Source: Fidelibacterota bacterium
GTDB taxonomy: Bacteria > Fidelibacterota > Marinisomatia > Marinisomatales > JABMOV01
Assembly: GCA_046861395.1 (NCBI GenBank)
Contig: JBHHUC010000056.1
Coordinates: 1 to 14,315 of the forward strand
DNA: 14,315 nucleotides
Direction of reading: 5' to 3'
Part shown: positions 6,261 to 14,315 of the stretch, one piece after another
How the letters are laid out: every line of letters begins with the position of its first letter
Position numbering within the stretch: position 1 is the stretch's first letter
Position numbers and translations under genes: made by a program
Notes under the pieces: model-generated
What the model was told of the DNA's origin: nothing
What the model saw: the letters and a program-made list of their open reading frames with translations, nothing else
Databases searched by the model: none

Positions 6261-7334
6261 TTGCAAGCCATGAACGACAAAGAATTCAGAACACTTTTAA
6301 CGGAAATTGGTGACCGGTTTTATCCCCACCAAGTGGGGAGTGCGGACGGTACCTGGATTGCCACCGGCACTTTATTGAATGATACATCCTTCACTGAATT
6401 CAAGAAACAGACGGAAAAGCGGCTGGACGGACTGGTTGTCCATGGCGATGAATCACGGGTACGACTGGTGTATAAGGAACCGAAAGTAGTGGTATTGAAA
6501 TTTCCCAAAGTACCCCGGACCCATTTTATTCTTTTTCTGTTAACGGTGCTGACAACCTTGTTAGCTGGCAGTGTCATGGCAGGTGGAAATCCGTTTGCGC
6601 ATCCCGGTGATTTATTTCGGGGTATTCCTTTTTCCTTTACATTATTATTAATTCTGGGGACCCATGAATTCGGTCATTACTATTTTGCTAGAAAACACCA
6701 TGTGGATGCCACGTTGCCGTATTTCATTCCTGCCCCTACCACAATCGGGACATTTGGCGCTTTCATCAAGATCAAATCACCAATCTACCGGAAACATGCA
6801 CTGTTGGAAATCGGGGCGGCCGGTCCCATCGCCGGCTTTATCGTCGCGGTTCCCGCTCTTTATATTGGTTTACATTTATCCACGGTCATTGACCTGAGCC
6901 AGGTTGCGGACAGCATTACACTGGGTAATTCCCTTCTAATGTCATTTTTAAGCCATCTGGTTTACCCGAATTTGTCGGAGATGGAAGACATTTTATTACA
7001 TCCTGTCGCATTTGCCGGCTGGATCGGATTACTGGTTACTATGTTAAATCTATTGCCCATTGGTCAACTGGACGGAGGACATATTGCCTATGCCATCCTG
7101 GGCAGGAAATATAATCTGGTGGCGAAACTTGCATTTCTGTCCTTGATTCCTCTCAGCTATTTTTCCTTGAACTGGCTGGTGTGGGGTGGTCTGATTCTAT
7201 TGATTATGCGAACTACGAAGCATCCTCCGGTCATGGATGTGGATGATCCGCCTCAGCCGCGTGACCGCAAAATCGCTTACCTATGTCTGGTTATTTTTAT
7301 TTTATGTTTTGTTCCGGTACCGTTTGAATTGTGA
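6261..7334 (+). CDS. Site-2 protease family (peptidase M50) intramembrane zinc metalloprotease
   Basis: HEFGH zinc motif, PYFIP..GTFGAFI, IGAAGPIAG, HPVAFAGWIGL and NLLPIGQLDGGH motifs; multiple transmembrane segments; no PDZ domain evident. Start either TTG 6261 or ATG 6270. Confidence 0.95.
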   Translation: MQAMNDKEFRTLLTEIGDRFYPHQVGSADGTWIATGTLLNDTSFTEFKKQTEKRLDGLVVHGDESRVRLVYKEPKVVVLKFPKVPRTHFILFLLTVLTTLLAGSVMAGGNPFAHPGDLFRGIPFSFTLLLILGTHEFGHYYFARKHHVDATLPYFIPAPTTIGTFGAFIKIKSPIYRKHALLEIGAAGPIAGFIVAVPALYIGLHLSTVIDLSQVADSITLGNSLLMSFLSHLVYPNLSEMEDILLHPVAFAGWIGLLVTMLNLLPIGQLDGGHIAYAILGRKYNLVAKLAFLSLIPLSYFSLNWLVWGGLILLIMRTTKHPPVMDVDDPPQPRDRKIAYLCLVIFILCFVPVPFEL

Positions 7335-9703
7335 AGCATTTCATGTTCTTGCCACTACTGGGCCTGCTGCTGGCCCAATCCACAATCGGCGATTGGGTGT
7401 CATTTACAGCAACCCTTGAGATTAACAGGGCAGTGTATACTAACGGTGATATTGCCTGTGCCACCCCCGGAGGCATTCTCGTATTCCATGAGGCGGATAA
7501 TGAGTTTACCACCATTACCAATGTTGACGGATTAGTGAATACCAATCTCAGCACGATTGCACTTGACAGCAGTGGGATAATCTGGGTAGGTGGCGCCAGT
7601 CCCGAAGGCACGCTACAGCGTTATGATATGGCACATAAACAGGCTTTGGAATCCTGGGATTTTTCTCTCAGCGAGATTTTGGCAATCACGACCACCGATT
7701 CAGCTGTATTCGTAGCATATAAGCAATCTCAGGAACTGGGAATAATGGAATTCCGTCGGGATGAAACAGGGTATTTTTACCGCGACTTTTATCAGAATTT
7801 TCCCCTAACATTTACGACTATTCTAGGCCTTGGTTTCAGCCGGAATAAAATTTATTTAGCCACCGACTCAGGTTTGTTGGCCGCCGGCCGGGAACATACG
7901 AATCTGAAAAATCCACAAAGCTGGGAACAGCCCTTTCCTAACCTTGCCATTATTCAGGTTTTTAATGCATCCCGACAGGAAATAGTGTTGCAAAGCGAAC
8001 AGAAGATATATCGTATTACCGAAGAAGATTCCCTCATATTGTGGCATGATTATTTCCGGTACAATCTTTCCACGATTGCCCATTCATCATCCGGCACGGT
8101 ATGGGGAACCCTGTCCACGAAACTATTGACATTCGGCTCCAGTGGTATTGATCAGGAATTCATTATTCCCCGGTATTCGGCTCTGTCATTAACGCTGGCA
8201 CCGGATGGATCGCCTATTCTAGGGACAAAGCAGGGACTGGGCCTGATTCGCGATAATCGGTTACGTTATTTCAAGGCCAACGGAATTGTGACGAATAATC
8301 TTACGGCTGTCAGAGTTTTACAAGACGGAAGAATCGTGGCCGCCTCTAGCAAAGGTATCTCCATTCGCGAATCGGAAGGCTGGCGCAATATTGTTGAAAC
8401 GATGTCCGATACCATCATGATCCATTCGGAGCGCGATTATAACTATTTCGTCGCCGACACGGTACCCATTGATTTTGGAAATTATATTTTTGATATCCAG
8501 GAAGCGCCAACGGGGAAAATATTTTTTTCGGTTCGCGGTACCTACCCGGAACCGGTTCGACACGGCGGTGGTGTCATAATTATGGATATTGATAACCCGT
8601 ATGATTATACATTATTGGATACGGCCTATTTTGACTGGTTTGTCGGTAGCAATAATACGACACCTTATCTAGTTGTTCATGAAATGACATGGGACAGGAC
8701 GGGAAATCTATGGGTGGCCGATGCTTTTGCCACCGTAAATCATAATCCCCTAACAATTCTTACACCAAATCTGTCTCCTTACGCTATCAGTGCCAATGAG
8801 TTTCGCAATTTAAGCCTGACGCCAACAACCATTGCCATAGACGGTTGGAACCGGGCTTGGGTAGGGGCATTTTCCGATGATCATAATATTGGTTATGGCA
8901 ATGGTGGTTTGGTTATGGTCACGGTAGATGGCAATTTCCCGCAACCGGATGCTATCAACGTATCCACTCAGTCTATCCGTGCCTTCGATCCTGACATTGA
9001 TGATAATCCGAATATATGGGATATGGTCATTAACAGCCAGGATCGCCTGTTTGCCGTTACACCCCTGGGACTGGAAATCGTTGACTTGCAATCATCGGAA
9101 AGCAATCCGATTCGCGAATACGGTAGTTTCCGCTATTTTCCCAATATATCATTTACTAAAGGATCGAAGATTGCTCTTGATGCCTATGAAAATGTATGGG
9201 TGACGTCACCACACGATGGAATACATGTCTTGCTGAGCAATGCCGCCTTCTGGCCTGATAATGATCCCAACCTGGATATTGAAGCCATTAATACATCCTC
9301 ATCCGGATTATTATCCGATCAGGTCACCAACATTGATTTTGATGATCGGCTGGGCTATGCCGTCATTACATCGAATAAGGGATTGAACCTGTTCCGCATT
9401 CCGTTCTCGGAAGGAAAACAGGATTATTCTCGGCTGAAGGTATACCCCAGTCCCTTTGTTTTAAACCGAAACGACTACCTGGTCATTGCTGATCTCACCA
9501 AAGGATCATCGGCACAGATCATGACCCTCACGGGACAGGTAATTCGGAAACTTACGAATGCCGATCTCGGGATACATGGTGACCAGATTTTATGGGATGG
9601 AAAAGATAATGCCGGGCGAACGGTGAACAGCGGTGTCTATCTGATCTCCATCTATGATGGAAATAACCGACAATCCTTCACGAAGATTACTGTAATTCGC
9701 TGA
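7331..9703 (+). CDS. PorZ-like secreted beta-propeller protein with C-terminal T9SS type A / FlgD-like Ig domain
   Basis: Signal peptide MKHFMFLPLLGLLLA|Q then STIGDWVSF; repeated two-component-propeller motifs (IALDSSGIIWVG, WDRTGNLWV, IAIDGWNRAWVG, IALDAYENVWV, SGLLSDQVTNIDFD); C-terminal LKVYPSPF...GQVIRKL...ILWDGKDNAGRTVNSGVYL...KITVIR. Size and architecture fit PorZ. GTG start overlaps the M50 stop (GTGA). Confidence 0.75.
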   Translation: MKHFMFLPLLGLLLAQSTIGDWVSFTATLEINRAVYTNGDIACATPGGILVFHEADNEFTTITNVDGLVNTNLSTIALDSSGIIWVGGASPEGTLQRYDMAHKQALESWDFSLSEILAITTTDSAVFVAYKQSQELGIMEFRRDETGYFYRDFYQNFPLTFTTILGLGFSRNKIYLATDSGLLAAGREHTNLKNPQSWEQPFPNLAIIQVFNASRQEIVLQSEQKIYRITEEDSLILWHDYFRYNLSTIAHSSSGTVWGTLSTKLLTFGSSGIDQEFIIPRYSALSLTLAPDGSPILGTKQGLGLIRDNRLRYFKANGIVTNNLTAVRVLQDGRIVAASSKGISIRESEGWRNIVETMSDTIMIHSERDYNYFVADTVPIDFGNYIFDIQEAPTGKIFFSVRGTYPEPVRHGGGVIIMDIDNPYDYTLLDTAYFDWFVGSNNTTPYLVVHEMTWDRTGNLWVADAFATVNHNPLTILTPNLSPYAISANEFRNLSLTPTTIAIDGWNRAWVGAFSDDHNIGYGNGGLVMVTVDGNFPQPDAINVSTQSIRAFDPDIDDNPNIWDMVINSQDRLFAVTPLGLEIVDLQSSESNPIREYGSFRYFPNISFTKGSKIALDAYENVWVTSPHDGIHVLLSNAAFWPDNDPNLDIEAINTSSSGLLSDQVTNIDFDDRLGYAVITSNKGLNLFRIPFSEGKQDYSRLKVYPSPFVLNRNDYLVIADLTKGSSAQIMTLTGQVIRKLTNADLGIHGDQILWDGKDNAGRTVNSGVYLISIYDGNNRQSFTKITVIR

Positions 9704-9704
9704 A

Positions 9705-10763
9705 TTACCGCTCAATAAATTCGGGCATGAGGCCAAATTCCTGTTCCAATTCCTCGGCAATAGTCTTGGTGAGGGTTTTACGTTTATTATGAGACAGGAA
9801 AGTGCTTTTGGCCGATGTAATTATGATTTTTCGCAAATCCTTCAATGTAAAGCCGTATATATCATGTGCCAGCTGAAATTCCTTTGTTAATGTCGTATCA
9901 GAAATTGTTCGGTTATCCGTATTGAGCGTAACTCGAATTCCCTGCTCGAAATAGTATTTCATGGGATGGTATTTCAGGGATCGAACGGAATGTGTATGCC
10001 AGTTGGAAGTAAGACAGATTTCCAGGGGAATGCGGTGATCATTAACATAGTGCATCAAATCCTTGTCTTCTTTCAGGCGGGTGCCGTGCCCGATGCGATG
10101 CGCGCCACAATAATGAAGAGCCTGGTGAATGGAAGACGGTCCATATGCTTCACCGGCATGGATTGTGGCATTGATGTTATGATTGAGAATAAGATAAAAC
10201 GCTTCCCGGTGATCTTTGGCAGGAAAATTTTCTTCAGCACCGGCCAGGTCGAAGCCAACCACACCCTTGCCTTTAAAACGCACGGTGAGGTCCGCCAGCT
10301 TCAGTGAAGCTGCGGCGGATATGTTTCGAATCCCACACACGATGATGCCGGCATCAACGCCAAAATGCCGACGTCCGCGCTGGATTCCCCGTTTCACGGC
10401 CATGACCGATTCTTCCATCGTCATGCTCCATTCCGTATGGAGAATGGGGGAGTAGCGAATTTCAATGTAACGGGTATTTTCCCGGGCCACATCCTCAATA
10501 AGCTCAAAGGTGACCCGTTCCAGGGCTTCTGGAGTTTGCAGGACGCTGAGGATAATGGGAAACCGTGTCAGATAGTCAGTCAGGGAGCCGCGATTTTTAC
10601 CGATTTTCAGGATCTGCGCCATATCCTCCGGTGTAGAGGCCGGCAGGGGAACTTTTTGTTTTTGTCCCAGGTCCAGAATGGTTTCCGGCCGGACACTGCC
10701 ATCCAGGTGGCAGTGCAATTCAACTTTGGGTAATCGTCGGACCAGATCTTTTGTTATGGTCAT
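9705..10763 (-). CDS. add: Adenosine deaminase
   Basis: LPKVELHCHLDGS (HxH metal ligands), YIEIRYSP, VVGFDLAGAE, TIHAGE (catalytic Glu), RIGHG, LEICLTSN, LNTDN motifs. Confidence 0.95.
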   Translation of the reverse strand: MTITKDLVRRLPKVELHCHLDGSVRPETILDLGQKQKVPLPASTPEDMAQILKIGKNRGSLTDYLTRFPIILSVLQTPEALERVTFELIEDVARENTRYIEIRYSPILHTEWSMTMEESVMAVKRGIQRGRRHFGVDAGIIVCGIRNISAAASLKLADLTVRFKGKGVVGFDLAGAEENFPAKDHREAFYLILNHNINATIHAGEAYGPSSIHQALHYCGAHRIGHGTRLKEDKDLMHYVNDHRIPLEICLTSNWHTHSVRSLKYHPMKYYFEQGIRVTLNTDNRTISDTTLTKEFQLAHDIYGFTLKDLRKIIITSAKSTFLSHNKRKTLTKTIAEELEQEFGLMPEFIER

Positions 10764-12715
10764 GATGCGCTGCTTTCATTGTCTACGGCATGAGGACTGG
10801 CGACTTTCAATAACCAAACAGAGACGAGGATAAGGAGAATCATTCCCGGCCAGGAGCCTAATGGTTCCTTGACAATGGCTAATATATTGGCGTCTCCGGA
10901 AACAACGATCGGGATAGCCATGAGGATACCGACTAGGGCTTCCCCGGTAATCAAACCGGATGCGAAAAGCAGACCCCGATTGCCGGAGGTTTTCAGAATC
11001 GCGGCCAGACGATCTTCCGGTAATTCGGGATTTGAACGGCGATAAAATGTTTCCACTGCCCAGGCAATTAAACCACCTATGAAGATGGGAACTGACAATT
11101 CGAAAGGAAGATAAATTCCCACGGCAACGGCCAGGACGGGTAGGCGAAATGAAGCCCCTCTGCGTGCCTGGTATTGATCCAGCGCGATAACAGCTACGGC
11201 AATCGCCATTCCGATGAAAATAATGTCCCAGGGCAGATTCTGATGAAATACACCATCTGCGACGGACGCCATTAGAGTAGCCTGAGGCGCTGCCAGAGGA
11301 TTGGGATGAATCGCCGTTGCAACGCCGATTCCATAGGCCTGTTCAATTAGCATAAGAACCGGCGCAATGAAAATGGCGGCCGAAAGGACACCCACGGATT
11401 GCATGACTTGCTGTTTCCACGGTGTTGCCCCGATAATGTATCCGGCCTTTAGGTCCTGCATATTGTCACCGCCGATGGCAGCCGCACAGGCGACCACAGC
11501 ACCGATAAAGATGGCTGCAGCCGGACCGCTTAGGGATTCCCGTCCCACGATGATCAATAGGACTAGAGCAGAAAACAGGATCGTGGCAATGGTGACACCG
11601 GAAATGGGATTATTAGAAGATCCGACCAACCCAGCCATATATGCTGCTACGGCTGAAAATAGAAAGCCGGCGATTAACATGACAATTGCCATGAAGAAAG
11701 ACGGAACAGCCGCCTGGATCACATAGTAATACACTCCGAAAATGGGGATGATGGAAACCAACAACAGAATTCCAACCCATTTCATGGGTAAATCTCTTTC
11801 GGTTCGCGGGATATTGGCAAAAGCGGTTTTGGCGGCCCCGGAAACGGTACCCAGACTGGATATTACTCCGGCGACGATGGAAGACCGGAGGTTGATGAGG
11901 GCCCATAATCCACCGGTAACCATGGCCCCTACACCCAAATAACGAGTTTTCTGTGACCAGATTTGCCCTGCCCAGTCAATTGCTGGCATGGCGGTGCCAT
12001 CGATGGTAGGCCAGGGATGATTGGCTGCATAAATGGGAATGGCAATGAGCCAGTTAATGGCACCGCCCATGAAAACGAGGACGGCAATATTGATTCCAAC
12101 GATATAGCCGACAGAAATCAGAGCCGGGGAAAGATTGGACCCGGCATAGAGAATGGATTGTCCGGCACGGGTGGCCCATTCCGCCGTACCGGTCCAGATC
12201 CGTAACCCGGTTTCGCCAAATTTAAATAGCGCTCCGATGATTCCGGCCTGGGCAATATACTTGACTCCTTCACCACGGTCACCCGAACGCAAGACTTCCG
12301 CCGTTGCGAGTCCTTCCGGAAATTGAAGTTTTTCCTTTACGATAAGAGCCCTACGTAGGGGGATTGTGAATAATACACCCAGCAATCCGCCCAGACCGGC
12401 AATAATTGTTGTTTCCAAATAGTCAAAAGTTTCCCAATATCCCATGACAATTAGTGCCGGCAGAGTGAAAATCACTCCGGCGGCTAGGGATTCGCCGGCT
12501 GAGGCGGCAGTCTGAACAATGTTGTTTTCCAAAATATTGGATTTCCGAAATAATCGTAGAATTCCCATGGATATCACAGCCGCGGGAATAGAGGCGGATA
12601 CCGTCATTCCGGCAAATAATCCCAGGTATGCATTGGCGCCGGCCAGGATGACTGACAGTAATATTCCCAGGACAATTGCTTTGATGGTTATTTCCGGTAA
12701 AGGTTTTGAGGTCAT
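10760..12715 (-). CDS. Oligopeptide transporter, OPT family (bacterial YSL-like clade)
   Basis: EITIKAIVLGILL, ANAYLGLFAGMTVSASIPAAVIS, ENNIVQTAASAGE, FPEGLATAEVL, GSSNNPISG, DNMQDLKAG..GATPWKQQ, APQATLM, ASGLITGEALVG motifs; highly hydrophobic. SD AAGGA upstream; ATGA overlap with add. Confidence 0.95.
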   Translation of the reverse strand: MTSKPLPEITIKAIVLGILLSVILAGANAYLGLFAGMTVSASIPAAVISMGILRLFRKSNILENNIVQTAASAGESLAAGVIFTLPALIVMGYWETFDYLETTIIAGLGGLLGVLFTIPLRRALIVKEKLQFPEGLATAEVLRSGDRGEGVKYIAQAGIIGALFKFGETGLRIWTGTAEWATRAGQSILYAGSNLSPALISVGYIVGINIAVLVFMGGAINWLIAIPIYAANHPWPTIDGTAMPAIDWAGQIWSQKTRYLGVGAMVTGGLWALINLRSSIVAGVISSLGTVSGAAKTAFANIPRTERDLPMKWVGILLLVSIIPIFGVYYYVIQAAVPSFFMAIVMLIAGFLFSAVAAYMAGLVGSSNNPISGVTIATILFSALVLLIIVGRESLSGPAAAIFIGAVVACAAAIGGDNMQDLKAGYIIGATPWKQQVMQSVGVLSAAIFIAPVLMLIEQAYGIGVATAIHPNPLAAPQATLMASVADGVFHQNLPWDIIFIGMAIAVAVIALDQYQARRGASFRLPVLAVAVGIYLPFELSVPIFIGGLIAWAVETFYRRSNPELPEDRLAAILKTSGNRGLLFASGLITGEALVGILMAIPIVVSGDANILAIVKEPLGSWPGMILLILVSVWLLKVASPHAVDNESSAS

Positions 12716-12742
12716 TAGTATTCCTTTGATTTCATAAGCTGA

Positions 12743-12771
12743 AAAGTAGACATGAAAAGAATTCCTGGCAA
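12743..12771 (-). promoter_or_regulatory. Putative sigma70-type promoter for the OPT-add operon
   Basis: Minus strand TTGCCA (12771-12766) - 17 nt - TACTTT (12748-12743), about 27 nt upstream of the OPT start codon. Confidence 0.4.
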
Positions 12772-12830
12772 TAGGGAGAGAGGCTGCATTTCCATCTTTT
12801 TGAATCTCGACACAATGACGTAAATTAAAA

Positions 12831-12912
12831 CCATCAGGGGTGCCATTTTTCCAGACGAATGGCTGAGATTAGACCCACTGTACCTGATCTGGATAATACC
12901 AGCGTAGGGAGG
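12831..12912 (+). promoter_or_regulatory. TPP (thiamine pyrophosphate) riboswitch aptamer
   Basis: AGGGGTGC (12836-12843), P3 GCCATT/AATGGC, CTGAGA (12863-12868), ACCC (12873-12876), ACCTGATCTGGATAATACCAGCGTAGGGA (12882-12910) match the THI-box consensus nearly perfectly. Confidence 0.97.
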
Positions 12913-12916
12913 AATC

Positions 12917-14315
12917 ATGATCCGAATCAATATTACAATCGCTTTGTTTCTTATATCTATTCTCAGCGCTCAGGCACTTGATATTACGGGCGTTGTCCTG
13001 GATGACAACGGAAATCCGTTAGTTGATGTAAATATCATTTCTGATTCCGTTGGAACCATATCGGATGAAGACGGCGTTTTTCGCATCCGCTTACTTCCGG
13101 GCCAATCACTCCATTTTTCCCATATTGGCTATCAATCACAGTCCATCATGCCGGAATCACTGCACGTGGTTGTCGTGCTGAAACGACAGGTTTTGGAGAC
13201 ATTACCTATTACAGTTGAAGCCAACCGGGCTATAACCGGTGTCACACCGGTGGCCTTTTCCACATTGACGGAAGAAGAAATCAACAGGAATTATTCCGTG
13301 CAGGATATCCCTATGGTCCTGGCAGGAGAACCGGGGATTTATGCCTACAGTGAAAGTGGATCCGGCACGGGATATTCCTATGTCTCCATCCGCGGCTTTG
13401 ACCAGAGTCGGATTGCCGTCATTATCGATAATGTACCCCTGAACGATAACGAAAGTCACCAGGTGTATTGGGTGGATCATGGTGATCTATTATCTAATGC
13501 CAAGGATGTTCAGATTCAACGTGGCATTGGCAACAGTTTATACGGGGCGTCTGCCTTTGGCGGATCAATAAATGTTCAGACCCGGATTGCTTCCGAAGAA
13601 GAATCAATAACCATGAAGTCCGGATTCGGATCTTTTGGGACGTATAAATTCAGTTCTAGCTATCATTCCGGCTTGCGGTTCGGCCCCAGTGCTTCCTTCA
13701 CAGCCCGTTTGTCACAAATAAAATCTGACGGTTACCGGGAATTCCATAACAGCCTGCAACGGTCGGCCTTTTTTGGACTGGAACGACGAACCAGACAGTG
13801 GCTTCATCAGGTGAGAATTAACTTGGGTTATGAAAATACTCGGTTAGTGTGGGATGGCGTTAGCGAAACGGATTTGGCCGACCGGGAGGCGCGACGCAAG
13901 AGCTATCAGGGCTATACCGATGACTTTCTGCAGCAAATTTATTCTTGGAATGCAACCTGGACTCCGTCATCAGCCTTTAAATTTGCCAACACAATATATA
14001 TTGTGAAAGGAGCCGGATATTATGAAGTTGAAAAATTCGGTGTTGACTGGTATTCCTATGGGTTGGATGTCCTGGATAGCTATCCGGATTCGGTGGAACT
14101 GTCATTGACAACCGATTTGCTGCGCAGGAAATGGATCGTAAATCAATATACCGGATGGACACCAACGATGACGAAGAAATTGAAAAACGGTCGCTTGGAT
14201 GTGGGACTAGAACTCCGTCTGTACACCGGTGACCATTTCGGTGAGGTCAGTCATTTTTCAGCCCCGGCGCTGGAGCACTACTTTGGGGGAACCTGGTATC
14301 GGTATTATCGCTATC
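12917..14315 (+). CDS. TonB-dependent receptor, probable thiamine outer-membrane transporter (3'-truncated by the window)
   Basis: Not in the ORF track (no stop inside the window). Hand translation is open to the end: MIRINITIALFLISILSAQALDITGVVLDDNGNPLVDVNI...FSHIGY (carboxypeptidase-regulatory-like extension), ITVEANR (TonB-box-like), TPVAFSTL, QDIPMVL, GYSYVSIRGFDQSRIAVIIDNVPLNDNESHQVYWVD, VQIQRGIGNSLYGASAFGGSINVQT (plug), then beta-barrel strands. Substrate inferred from the TPP riboswitch. Confidence 0.93.
   Translation, partial: MIRINITIALFLISILSAQALDITGVVLDDNGNPLVDVNIISDSVGTISDEDGVFRIRLLPGQSLHFSHIGYQSQSIMPESLHVVVVLKRQVLETLPITVEANRAITGVTPVAFSTLTEEEINRNYSVQDIPMVLAGEPGIYAYSESGSGTGYSYVSIRGFDQSRIAVIIDNVPLNDNESHQVYWVDHGDLLSNAKDVQIQRGIGNSLYGASAFGGSINVQTRIASEEESITMKSGFGSFGTYKFSSSYHSGLRFGPSASFTARLSQIKSDGYREFHNSLQRSAFFGLERRTRQWLHQVRINLGYENTRLVWDGVSETDLADREARRKSYQGYTDDFLQQIYSWNATWTPSSAFKFANTIYIVKGAGYYEVEKFGVDWYSYGLDVLDSYPDSVELSLTTDLLRRKWIVNQYTGWTPTMTKKLKNGRLDVGLELRLYTGDHFGEVSHFSAPALEHYFGGTWYRYYRY

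Noticed and set aside
9905..9930. Adenosine deaminase has NTDN instead of the common S/TDDP motif
   Set aside because: TDN followed by R..S is a known variant in bacterial adenosine deaminases, and all metal and catalytic residues are present; not evidence of a pseudogene.
1199..12737. Numerous short antisense or alternate-frame ORFs nested in the large genes (e.g. 3652..4017, 5597..5926, 9966..10307, 10365..10733, 11367..11726)
   Set aside because: Shadows of well-supported genes with no motifs or translation signals.
12715..12930. 71-aa minus-strand ORF upstream of the OPT gene
   Set aside because: Runs antisense through the TPP riboswitch, the receptor start and the candidate OPT promoter; no motif; most likely spurious.
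1..14315. CRISPR arrays, tRNA/rRNA genes, integrases, transposases, toxin or defence genes
   Set aside because: No regularly spaced repeats, cloverleaf signatures or corresponding protein motifs were seen on reading either strand by eye.

Overview
Bacterial chromosomal region with FCB-superphylum-like features (PorZ-like protein with a type IX/FlgD-like C-terminal domain, N-terminal-extension TonB-dependent receptor, short signal peptides followed by Gln); the exact lineage cannot be determined from the sequence alone. Left end: 3' end of a regulator with two tandem Fis-type HTH motifs, a ~163-nt strongly self-complementary intergenic element (329-491; candidate bistable structured RNA that I cannot assign to a known family), a stand-alone receiver-domain protein and a small coiled-coil protein. 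Middle: two exported S9 serine peptidases (an S9C-like enzyme and a lipoprotein oligopeptidase B), two small secreted hypothetical proteins, an M50 site-2 protease coupled to a PorZ-like beta-propeller protein. Right: a minus-strand OPT-family transporter + adenosine deaminase pair, divergent from a TPP riboswitch that precedes a TonB-dependent receptor (probable thiamine uptake), which is truncated by the window end and absent from the supplied ORF track. No CRISPR array, transposase, rRNA or tRNA was recognised. The most promising unexplained element is the HTH regulator / structured RNA / REC / coiled-coil module at 1-1090.
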